From positions 1,885,657 through 1,949,656 of the forward strand of contig OZ240224.1 of the NCBI GenBank assembly GCA_965197715.1: 64,000 bases of DNA, read 5' to 3'. Numbering within the stretch: the first letter of the stretch is position 1; every line of letters starts with the position of its first letter. A program made the translations under genes and the position numbers. This document shows positions 45,198 to 53,690 of this stretch, piece after piece. A model generated the notes under the pieces. The model saw nothing but the letters and a program-made list of their open reading frames with translations, had not been told where the DNA came from and did not search any database. Source of the stretch: Dehalococcoidia bacterium. Its GTDB lineage: Bacteria; Chloroflexota; Dehalococcoidia; Lucifugimonadales; UBA1127.

Positions 45198-46244
45198 ATG
45201 CGAGTAGACGTAGACGCCCACGTTGACGAGACCGAAGCCACCTGGGAGTACCTGGAACCCGGCGAAGAGTACCTTCGCCCCATCACCGTCGACCCTGGAC
45301 GGTCCATCAGCGTCACCGACGCCAGGCCGCATCGCCTGTGGATCATCGACGGCCGCCTTCAGCTTCGCCGCTTTCGCGACGACGTGCGCACCGGCACCGT
45401 TCGCGAGACGCGCGAGCTCGAGGACGTGGAGGCCCGCGTCAAGCACATGGACGAGCTCGACATCGACATCCAGGTCCTCTATCCGACCCTCTTCCTGACC
45501 GGCATCACCGCGCGCGCAGAGGTGGAGCTTGCCCTCACGCGCTCCTACAACCGCTGGATCGCGGAGCGGACGCGGGAGAGCGGCGGCCGCCTCCGCTGGG
45601 TCGCGCTGCTCCCCTTCCTCGACATGGACGCCGCCGTCCAGGAGCTCCACTGGGCCAAGGAGAACGGCGCTGTCGGCGTCTTCAAGAAGGGTATCGATTG
45701 CGGCCGCAACGCCAGCGATCCCTACTTCTTCCCCCTCTATGAGGAGGCCAACCGCCTGGACATTCCCCTGTGCATGCACTTCGCGACGGGCAACCCCCCC
45801 GCCCCCTCCGACAGCGGCCAGATGAGCGGCAGGTTCAACGCGATCTCCGCCTTCACCGACCTCGCCCAGAGCCGCGTCCCGGACCGCTTCCCCGACCTCC
45901 GCGTCGGCTGGATCGAGACCGGCGCCTCCTGGATCCCCTTCCTCATGGCCGACCTGGAGGCCAAGAAGCAGAAGCGCACCTTCCAGAGCTTCGACCTCAA
46001 GGATGACCTGTTCCGCCACTGCAGGTTCTACGTTGCGTGCGACTCCTCCGACGACCTCCCCTACATCCTCAGGTACGGCACCGAGGACAGCCTGATGATC
46101 GGCACGGACTACACGCACGCGGACCAGTCGGCGCAGATCGACGCGCTGGACATCATCGAGCAGCGCGGGCGGGAGGGGGAGATCCCCATCGAGGTCGCGC
46201 ACAAGATCATCGACGACAACCCTCGGGCTTTCTACGGGCTGTAG
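45198..46244 (+). CDS. amidohydrolase-2 family protein
   Basis: ORF trimmed to ATG 45198 (GAAGGAGAGGAG upstream). MRVDVDAHVDETEATWEYLE...GTDYTHAD...NPRAFYGL. Confidence 0.85.
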   Translation: MRVDVDAHVDETEATWEYLEPGEEYLRPITVDPGRSISVTDARPHRLWIIDGRLQLRRFRDDVRTGTVRETRELEDVEARVKHMDELDIDIQVLYPTLFLTGITARAEVELALTRSYNRWIAERTRESGGRLRWVALLPFLDMDAAVQELHWAKENGAVGVFKKGIDCGRNASDPYFFPLYEEANRLDIPLCMHFATGNPPAPSDSGQMSGRFNAISAFTDLAQSRVPDRFPDLRVGWIETGASWIPFLMADLEAKKQKRTFQSFDLKDDLFRHCRFYVACDSSDDLPYILRYGTEDSLMIGTDYTHADQSAQIDALDIIEQRGREGEIPIEVAHKIIDDNPRAFYGL

Positions 46245-46259
46245 GGGGTCAGGGGGGAG

Positions 46260-46990
46260 CCCCCCGCGGCCCGGCACCCCAGGCCCCCGTACCCCGCGCC
46301 GCCACCCTGGATTCCCGGTCGCTGCGGACGGCTTGTGTGGGGGATGCCCCGCGCCGCCCTGCCACCCTGGATTCCCGCTTTCGCGGGAATGACGGAGTGG
46401 TGGGAGCGGGAATGACGTTGGGGGGTGTGCGGGAATGACGGTGGGTAGGTGCGGGGATGCACGGGTCGCTGGGGCGACGGCCGCGTGGGGGGAGAGTTGA
46501 GGGGTGGCGACAGCGGGGTCGCCGGCGGGCCTGGTTTGAATGTTTAGCTTCGTAGGATAGTGTAGGGTTTTTTTTGCGCTTTCTGAAGCTGGCAAGTGCA
46601 AAAAGGGCGATTGTTTGCTTTTGGGGCCGCGGCGTAGCTTCGGCGTGGGGTTGGCGATTTGATTGGATTTGGGGCGGGTCGCTGCCACGACGCACACCAG
46701 GCCCAGTACCCCGCGCCGCCCTGGATTCCCGGTCGCTGCGCGACGGCTTGTGGGCGTGGCTGCGCCCACGGCGTCGAGACGGCTGGGTGGGGCCACTGTG
46801 CGTGCTCATGGGTTGAGGATAGGGGATTGGGGGTCGAGGCGGTAGTGGCGGATGGCAGGTCGCTGCGGTCGGCGGCGCGACGGGCACGTGGGGGGTGCCC
46901 CGCGCCGCGCCGCCACCCTGGATTCCCGGTCGCTGGCGCGACGGCCTTGTGGGGGGAGGGTGTGCCGGGGGTGGGTGCGGGGATGACTGG
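46260..46990. repeat. 730-nt intergenic repeat field (hairpin families A and B, tandem CGGGAATGACG units, AT-richer core)
   Basis: Family A copies at 46305-46332, 46719-46746 and 46915-46944. Family B at 46365-46393. CGGGAATGACG occurs 3 times at 46383-46440. Core 46571-46620 is homologous to 12966-13020. All ORFs here are Pro/Arg/Gly junk. Confidence 0.7.
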
Positions 46991-47006
46991 GTTGTTCAGG
47001 TGTTCC

Positions 47007-49913
47007 CTAGGGGACGAAGGTGGCGTCCTGGGGCCGTGGCTTGCCGCCATGCACCGAAGGCTCGGCGCACCACTTGGCGGCGAGGCGGCGGACTGCCATG
47101 TAGACGTCCTCATCGAAACCCAGGAGGTCGCAGACCACGCGGCGGTCCAGGAGCGCGCGGTTGGGGTCGGCGTCCGCGAGGTAGGCGGGCTTGAGGTCCT
47201 TGTCGTGGAACTCGGCAAAGATGGCTTGGGCGGTGGCTAGCTGTGCGTCGCTCAGGGCGCGGAGGTCAAGCGTCGGTAGGGATTGAACCGCTTTTATGGT
47301 AGTTCGTCCCCGTCCGCTTTGCTGACGATTGGCGTGCCACCAGTGTAGAATCAGGCCAAGCGTAGAGTTACACCAAGCCGAAAATGCATAGTCGAACTGG
47401 GCATTGGGAAATGTAACGTTAGGCCATGCAGTACCACCTATGCTCTTCTGTTCAGTGAATGCCACTTCTAGTGGCTGCGAATTGAACCTAAAATCGAGAT
47501 TTATGTGGGAGCGGCTGGCCGTAGCCGAAACATCTTCAGCCTTGCCCTCCATTCCAGGTCTGACAATTAACTGGGAGTCTGGCAGACACACCATCCGCGC
47601 TTCCTCCTTAGCGTGGTGGTTCCATAAGGCAGGGTAGGTAGCAGTTGGGCTTGGCGGAGCTTTTGTAAACGGCCCTGTGGGCCCCACGATGTTTATGTGA
47701 TACCAGCCACGTTCGCCTATGTCGCTTAGTTCCGCTACTTTCAACTCTAAGGAGGATCCCGCGCTAGGAAACCACAACTTAGATTGGGACAGGGCATACG
47801 CGGTTTGCGCTAGGGAGTAGTCTGCTAGACGCACTGCGCCCCAGCTTTCCCCTTCCGCATCGCGGGGCGCGGTTATCGTCTCACCGGCCAACTTTTCCCC
47901 AACCACGAGGGCCGTACCGCCATACGGCCCGTCCTCGATTCGCCTGACCGGGCTGCCGACCAGTAGACCGCCCGCCAGAGAGCTTGCGTGGGGAAAGCCT
48001 TGGGGCCTGTGCCGGAGCGACGTAAAATGCACCCGGTCTTGAGGCGTCTCATCCGGCTTGAGCCTGCGGGCAATGACCAGACATTCTGCCATGCCAGTGT
48101 CTCCCGAAAAAGAGATGTCATCGTTGTCCGCAGCAGCTATGCTAAGCACTGTCAGCTCTGTGTAATTGTGGGCAAGCATCTCGCGAAAACTCTCCCAAGA
48201 CAGACCAGAAGCAGCTGACAGTGGAAGCACTAAGGCCAGGACGCCGCCGGGCTTGAGCTTCTTGTGAGCCAAGGCTGCAAAAGCGGAGGCTATGCCCGCA
48301 TAGCCGTGATAACACGTATCTTGTGTGTACTGACTAAGGCGTTTCGCCATATCTTTCTGTGTGACCAATCCGGTACTCAGTCCCTTGAAGTGCTTGATAT
48401 AGTCCTCAGTTCTTTCACTCCCCTCCCAATCGGAGCCTGGTCTGGTAAACGGCGGGTTCATGATCACTAGGTCGTAGCCCTCATCAGGTATCTCGGCGCG
48501 TATCTGGGCTGCGGTCTCCTCACCGGCGCTGCCGGTGCGCATAGCCGGGTCGCTGGTGTTGAACAGGGTCAGCACGTTGGAGGACTGGAGGAGCTCCAGG
48601 GAGCCTATCATCACGCTGTCGTCCTTCATGCGGCCGTAGGGCATGGTGTAGAGGCGGGACTTGTTGAAGAGGACTGACGGCTCCACGCCAGAGAGGGTCG
48701 AGCCGGTGATGTGGACTGCCGAGGGCATGACATCGCAGCCGTAGAGCACCTCCTCCATCATCACCCTGTGGAGGATGACCGGGTCACCCCCGGCCCGCTC
48801 GTGGCGGGCGGCTACCTGCTCATACACCGCCGAGAGAAGCGCGCCGGTCCCGCAGGCGAAGTCGCCAACCCGCAGCCGGCCGATGGCCTGGACGTCGCCC
48901 CAGTCCACGCCCTCCATCTTGGCCAGGGCCAGCCGGGCAAGGAGGGCCGCCGACGCAGGCAGCGTGTAGAAGGTGGCGAGGTACTTCCGGTCGGCGATGA
49001 GGCGCTGGAAGACGCGGCCGGTCAGGTCGTGGGCGTTGTCCACGCCTGTCGCATTGACCGATTGGGCGGTGTTCCTCAGCCGTCGCAGGATGTCCGCCGC
49101 ATCCCCTGGGGGCAGCTGTTCAAGGATGTCCTTGGCAATGGCGAAGATGGCCCAGTAGTTGATGCCGAGGATCGTGTCCCAGGCGGCCAGCACCTCGCCC
49201 TGGGGGTTGCCTACGCCGTCGCCGCACACCGTGGCCAGAGGGTTGACCTCTGGGTGCATCCCGGCGATATGCTCGTGGAAGACCAGGGCGTTGGCGACGA
49301 TGGCGCAGGCCATGCGGCGGCTCTGGGGCACGTTGATCAAGCCCAGACGGCGCGCTATGGCCATCGTTATGCCGGAGCGGGTCTCGTTGATCTCGTCCAG
49401 AAGCTTTGCGGCCCCCTCGATGCCGCCCTCCAGCGCGGTGGCGGCTTGGTCCACGGCGCGCTGCGGGACGGACACCAGGCGGACCATGTCGGCCAGGTCC
49501 TCAACGGAGCCCTCCAGCCAGCCGGACTCCGGGAAGCGTTGTACGTCCTTCGCGCTCTCGGTGAAGACGCAGTAGTCGAGGCGGGCCGACGACAGGGCGG
49601 CGGGCAGGTCGTGGGCGTCGCCAACGGCGTCCGGGTAGCGGAGGGCGACGGCGGCTTCGATGATGCGGCCGTTGGCAGCAAGTTCCAGCCCAAGGCGGGA
49701 CTTTGCCTCGGCCTCGGCGGTGACGGCGGGCATGTACTCGGCCTCGACCACAACGGGCGAGCGACCGGGGGCGGTGACGATGATGTCGGGGCGCCGCCCG
49801 GCGTGCCCGGAGATTGTCTGCGTGCTCTCCGACTGCACATGACTCCGGGGCAACATGCCCTGAAGCAAGCCGCCCAGGGCGTTGTTGACGCTTGGCTCAG
49901 TCTGACGTGCCAT
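47007..49913 (-). CDS. large N6-adenine DNA methyltransferase fused to an N-terminal nuclease-like domain (Type IIG/IIL-like candidate)
   Basis: ORF trimmed to ATG 49913. RVGDFACGTGALL (motif I), LVIMNPPFTRPGSD (motif IV NPPF), N-terminal RRPDIIVTAPGRSPVVVEAEY (PD...ExE, a non-canonical PD-(D/E)xK-like motif), and a long C-terminal putative target-recognition region. Confidence 0.7.
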   Translation of the reverse strand: MARQTEPSVNNALGGLLQGMLPRSHVQSESTQTISGHAGRRPDIIVTAPGRSPVVVEAEYMPAVTAEAEAKSRLGLELAANGRIIEAAVALRYPDAVGDAHDLPAALSSARLDYCVFTESAKDVQRFPESGWLEGSVEDLADMVRLVSVPQRAVDQAATALEGGIEGAAKLLDEINETRSGITMAIARRLGLINVPQSRRMACAIVANALVFHEHIAGMHPEVNPLATVCGDGVGNPQGEVLAAWDTILGINYWAIFAIAKDILEQLPPGDAADILRRLRNTAQSVNATGVDNAHDLTGRVFQRLIADRKYLATFYTLPASAALLARLALAKMEGVDWGDVQAIGRLRVGDFACGTGALLSAVYEQVAARHERAGGDPVILHRVMMEEVLYGCDVMPSAVHITGSTLSGVEPSVLFNKSRLYTMPYGRMKDDSVMIGSLELLQSSNVLTLFNTSDPAMRTGSAGEETAAQIRAEIPDEGYDLVIMNPPFTRPGSDWEGSERTEDYIKHFKGLSTGLVTQKDMAKRLSQYTQDTCYHGYAGIASAFAALAHKKLKPGGVLALVLPLSAASGLSWESFREMLAHNYTELTVLSIAAADNDDISFSGDTGMAECLVIARRLKPDETPQDRVHFTSLRHRPQGFPHASSLAGGLLVGSPVRRIEDGPYGGTALVVGEKLAGETITAPRDAEGESWGAVRLADYSLAQTAYALSQSKLWFPSAGSSLELKVAELSDIGERGWYHINIVGPTGPFTKAPPSPTATYPALWNHHAKEEARMVCLPDSQLIVRPGMEGKAEDVSATASRSHINLDFRFNSQPLEVAFTEQKSIGGTAWPNVTFPNAQFDYAFSAWCNSTLGLILHWWHANRQQSGRGRTTIKAVQSLPTLDLRALSDAQLATAQAIFAEFHDKDLKPAYLADADPNRALLDRRVVCDLLGFDEDVYMAVRRLAAKWCAEPSVHGGKPRPQDATFVP

Positions 49914-49945
49914 GTGTGGTTTCGTCCTCTTGGTCCGTGACCAGT

Positions 49946-50902
49946 TTACCCGGTGCGGCCGACGGCGGTGTCGATGCGGGCCATGAGCGGGGGGGCCATG
50001 GGTGCGGCGGCCTCCGCGTCGATGCACTCGCGGAGCTCCTGGCGGTTCTTCACGCCCAGGACGACGGTGGATACTCCGTCCATGGAGAGCGCGTACTGGT
50101 GGGCGAGGTAGGCGGCGGACCTGCCGATCTCGGCGGCGATGGCGCGGAACGGCGCGGCGCGGACGTAGTCGGCGAGCTCCGTGTGGCCGCCGGGGAGGGG
50201 CCGGTCGATGGCGTCGGTGAGGGCGCCGGCCTGGACGGCGCGGATGCCCAGGACGGCGGCGCCGACGGCGTTGGCGGCGGCGATGATCTCGCGCGGCCGG
50301 GCAGGGCCTGCGGCACGCAGCAGCCCACCGGGGGAGTCCAGGAGATTGGCGATGCACTGGATGTAATCGGGGGCCGGGCCGTCGGCGAGCAGCTTGATCA
50401 GGGCGTCCGCCTGTCCGATGCCGGTCAGCCCCCAGTGACGGATGCGGCCCTCGGCGATGAGGCGCTCGAAGGCGGGCACGACTGCTTCAGCGACGGACTC
50501 GGCGGTGGTCACGCGCTCGTCGCCCGGGCCGACAAGGGTGACCGCGTTGTGCAGGAACATGACGTCGACGTGGTCGAGCCTCATGCGTTCAAGGCTGCCG
50601 GCCAGACTGCCGGAGAGGAGGTCGTAGACCTCAGCGGGCGGCGTATCGCCCACGCGGCACTTGGTCGTCACGCGCATGTGGGCGGGCAGGGTACCGTCGA
50701 AGGCGGCGCCGATGACGGACTCGGCCTCGCCGCTGCCGTAGGATGGGGCGAGGTCCAGGAGGTCGATGCCGGAGTCGACGGCCTCGCGGACCGTGGCGAC
50801 GCACTCCTCACGGTTCGTGGGCCCCCATATCTGGGCGACACCGCCACCGCCGAGGGTGAGCGCGCTCACCGCGCCAAGCTTGCCGAATGGTCGCTGCCGC
50901 AT
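49946..50902 (-). CDS. aldo/keto reductase
   Basis: MRQRPFGKLGAVSALTLGGGGV...IDLLDLAPSYGSGEAE...DVMFLHN... AKR pattern. GAGAGGAG SD. Confidence 0.8.
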   Translation of the reverse strand: MRQRPFGKLGAVSALTLGGGGVAQIWGPTNREECVATVREAVDSGIDLLDLAPSYGSGEAESVIGAAFDGTLPAHMRVTTKCRVGDTPPAEVYDLLSGSLAGSLERMRLDHVDVMFLHNAVTLVGPGDERVTTAESVAEAVVPAFERLIAEGRIRHWGLTGIGQADALIKLLADGPAPDYIQCIANLLDSPGGLLRAAGPARPREIIAAANAVGAAVLGIRAVQAGALTDAIDRPLPGGHTELADYVRAAPFRAIAAEIGRSAAYLAHQYALSMDGVSTVVLGVKNRQELRECIDAEAAAPMAPPLMARIDTAVGRTG

Positions 50903-51019
50903 GGGGGATCTCCTCTCGGTGTGGCGTTTGGGGGGCCGCCCGGCGGGCGTGGGCGGTGCGAGACGGTCTCATAAGTCTACGCCTCTTGATGTGGACTGTG
51001 CATGGAGGGAATGGTGGTG

Positions 51020-51200
51020 AGGGGGATGCCCCGCCCCGCGCTGCCCCCCGTGGATTCCCGGTCGCTGCGCGACGGCTTTGTGGGCGTTGGTTGGGAGCGT
51101 TGCGTCGGTACGTGTCATCAGGGGTGATAAGGGTCTGCGGTGGGGGATGTCCCGCGCCGCCTCCCCGCCCTGGATCCCGCTTTCGCGGGAATGACGTGGC
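51020..51200. repeat. hairpin repeats, families A (51048-51075) and B (51168-51196)
   Basis: GGGGGATGCCCCGCCCCGCGCTGCCCCCCGTGGATTCCCGGTCGCTGCGCGACGG and GGGGGATGTCCCGCGCCGCCTCCCCGCCCTGGATCCCGCTTTCGCGGGAATGACG. Confidence 0.7.
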
Positions 51201-51304
51201 ACGGAGCGGCGGCGCGTCCGCCCCCAATGGAAAAGCGACCCCTACGCCCCGTTCCCCCATCCCGTGGAGTACACTGTGGCCCAAGACGGCGGGAGGAGAG
51301 GCAC

Positions 51305-52393
51305 ATGCTATTCATCGACAACGAGGTACAGCGACAGATCCTGACCATCGAGGACTGCATCAACGCGCAGGAGATTGCCTTCAAGGAGCTGAGCACGGGT
51401 GAAGCCACGCACCGGCCGCGAATCGACGTCTACTCACCGTCGGAGCGCACGGACGCGTACTGGCGCTGGGGCTCCATGGAGGGTGTCAGCCAGGAGCTGG
51501 GGGTGTTCGCCATCCGCATGAAGTCGGACATCCTGACCTGGCCCGTGGGCGAGGACGGCAACTGGACGGAGGAGAAGCACAACACCCGGCCCGGCCTCTT
51601 CTGCGGTCTCGTGTTCCTGTTCAGCACGCGGAACGGGGCGCCGCTGGCCATACTCAACGACGGCATCATCCAGCACATGCGGGTGGGCGCCGCGGCGGGA
51701 CTCGGGGCCAAGTACCTCGCCAGGGCCAACTCTCGGGTGGTCGGGATGCTGGGGTCCGGGGGGATGGCCCGGACGTCGTTGCAGGCCTTCTGCGCCGTGC
51801 GGGGCATCGAGCGGGTGCACGTGTATAGTCCGACGCGTGAGCACCGGGAGGGGTACGCGGCGGAGATGCGCGAGGAACTTGGTGTGGACGTGGTGGCCGT
51901 CGACAGCCCCAAGGAGGCGGTTGGCGGCGCGGACATCGTCTGCTTTGCCACCGACGGCATGCGGGCGGCGGTGTCGGGCGACTGGCTGGAGCCGGGTATG
52001 CACGTCACCAACCCCGGCCGGGGCATGGGCCTCGAGGTGCTCGAAAGGGCCGAGGTCATCATCCGGCAGGGCGTGGGCAGCGCGCCACCCGTGGATGAGG
52101 AGCTCCGCCGGGGGCGCGGCTACTCCACGGGCACACCGGAGGAGCTGGCGCGGCTGCCCGACGAGGGAGCGCTCCGCAGCTTTTCGCGGACCAAGTACCC
52201 AACGTTCCCGGACCTGGCGGCAGGGACCGTCGAGGGCAGGACGAGTGACGACCAGATCACCGTGTACCTGGACGTCGGCAACCAGGGCCTTCAGTTCGCC
52301 GCGTGCGGGTCCATCGTGTACGAGAAGGCGAAGGAGCGCGGGCTGGGCCACGAGGTCCCGACTGAGTGGTTCCTCCAGGACATCCGCGACTAG
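51305..52393 (+). CDS. ornithine cyclodeaminase / mu-crystallin family protein
   Basis: ORF trimmed to ATG 51305 (GGGAGGAGAGG upstream). Rossmann GMLGSGGMARTSL. Overall 362 aa with typical OCD/mu-crystallin layout. Confidence 0.8.
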   Translation: MLFIDNEVQRQILTIEDCINAQEIAFKELSTGEATHRPRIDVYSPSERTDAYWRWGSMEGVSQELGVFAIRMKSDILTWPVGEDGNWTEEKHNTRPGLFCGLVFLFSTRNGAPLAILNDGIIQHMRVGAAAGLGAKYLARANSRVVGMLGSGGMARTSLQAFCAVRGIERVHVYSPTREHREGYAAEMREELGVDVVAVDSPKEAVGGADIVCFATDGMRAAVSGDWLEPGMHVTNPGRGMGLEVLERAEVIIRQGVGSAPPVDEELRRGRGYSTGTPEELARLPDEGALRSFSRTKYPTFPDLAAGTVEGRTSDDQITVYLDVGNQGLQFAACGSIVYEKAKERGLGHEVPTEWFLQDIRD

Positions 52394-52668
52394 GTCGCTA
52401 GCGCGAGTCGCTGCGCGACGGCTTTGTGGGCGTCGCTACGCCGCCGGTAGGTTAGGGGGTGTGGCGACGTCTGACCTTGTCATTGGGTGATGGCTGAAGG
52501 GTGTGCGACGGCCTTGTTGGGGGCGGGTGGCAGGCGTCCGGTCGGGGGCGCTTGACGGCCCCATGCATCCCGGTACTATCATGCAGTCGGCGCGCAGGGC
52601 CGGCGGGGCTCCGGGTGTGGGGCGGGGCCGGCGGCTGTGGGGCCAGGCGACGGAAGGAGCACGCGGCG

Positions 52669-53667
52669 GTGGCGCAACTCGTTGGCACCTTCATGCACTC
52701 CCACGGCGGCACGACGTCCATGCCCGGCGAACTCTGGCGGGCGCGCAGGCTTGCGCGCCCGATTCGAGAGGACGTTCCCATCGAGGATGACGAGACCAAC
52801 GTGAGGAAGGCGGCGCGCACCCATGAGGGCTTTCGCGTGCTGCGGGAGAAGATCGCGGAGGTCAAGGCGGACGTGCTGGTCATCTTCAGCGGCGATCAGC
52901 TGGAGTGCTTCGACTTCAACAACTACCCGGCCTTCGCCGTCTACGTTGGGGAGGGGTTCAGGAAGAGGCCGGCGAGCCGGGCGCGCGAAGAGGACGGCCC
53001 GCAGATGGGCCGGCACGCCGAGCCGGGCTTCACGTTCAAGGGGCATCCGGAGCTGGCCGTGGCCCTTCTCACGGGGGTCATGAAGCGAGGCTTCGACCCG
53101 GCTTTCTGCATGGATATGCCCAAGCCGGACAGGGGGTTGGCGGGCGGTGTCATCCGTGCGGCGGAAGAGCTCACGGATTGGACCCTGCCCATGGTGCCCG
53201 TGATGATGAACCTCTACTTCGCCCCTCAGCCCACGGCCATGAGGTGCTACCAGTTCGGCAAGGCCGTCCGGGAGGTGATAGACGAGTTTCCCAGCGACCT
53301 CCGAGTCGGCATCGTCGGGTCCGGTGGGCTGTGGCATACGCCTGGAAGGGAAGGGGCATGGCTCAACGTGGACTTCGACCTGAAGACTCTGGAGTACCTG
53401 AAGGTCGGCGATGCGCGCGGGATGGCGGAGCATTTCGACGGCTACGTGATACCGGAGGACGATACAAGCCAGCGCACGGATGTGCGGGACCGTAACATCA
53501 CGGGCATGCCGTCGCCGGGCGGCCCGGCGCTGGGTACGCGGGAGACGTGCGCGTGGATAGCGGCGGCGGCGGCGACTGAAGGGCGCCCGACGACCATCGT
53601 GGACTACATCGACGTGTGGGCCTCGCCCGTCGGCAACGCCTTCGCCTACTGTGACGACGTGCAGTAA
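52669..53667 (+). CDS. class III extradiol ring-cleavage dioxygenase (LigB family)
   Basis: Start set at GTG 52669 (GGAAGGAG 9 nt upstream): VAQLVGTFMHSHGG..., DVLVIFSGDQLECF, GSGGLWHTPG. These are LigB-family hallmarks. Confidence 0.75.
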   Translation: MAQLVGTFMHSHGGTTSMPGELWRARRLARPIREDVPIEDDETNVRKAARTHEGFRVLREKIAEVKADVLVIFSGDQLECFDFNNYPAFAVYVGEGFRKRPASRAREEDGPQMGRHAEPGFTFKGHPELAVALLTGVMKRGFDPAFCMDMPKPDRGLAGGVIRAAEELTDWTLPMVPVMMNLYFAPQPTAMRCYQFGKAVREVIDEFPSDLRVGIVGSGGLWHTPGREGAWLNVDFDLKTLEYLKVGDARGMAEHFDGYVIPEDDTSQRTDVRDRNITGMPSPGGPALGTRETCAWIAAAAATEGRPTTIVDYIDVWASPVGNAFAYCDDVQ

Positions 53668-53690
53668 CGTTTGGGAGGGAGGGACGCAGT

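Noticed and set aside
46383-46440. Possible CRISPR array (regularly spaced CGGGAATGACG units; also 54895-54990)
   Set aside because: The repeat unit is only ~11-12 nt. The 'spacers' are 12-13 nt and G-rich variants of each other. There are only 3-4 units, no cas genes, and the units are clearly derived from the family-B hairpin repeat.
44961-46796. 611-aa ORF on the minus strand
   Set aside because: It runs antisense through the 45198-46244 amidohydrolase gene and then through the intergenic repeat field. Its repeated SFPRKRESR/PGWRRG peptides are just translated repeats.
49914-50357. 148-codon N-terminal extension of the methyltransferase ORF
   Set aside because: The extension is almost pure Arg/Pro/His and overlaps the aldo/keto reductase gene out of frame. 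The ATG at 49913 begins the sequence with normal composition.
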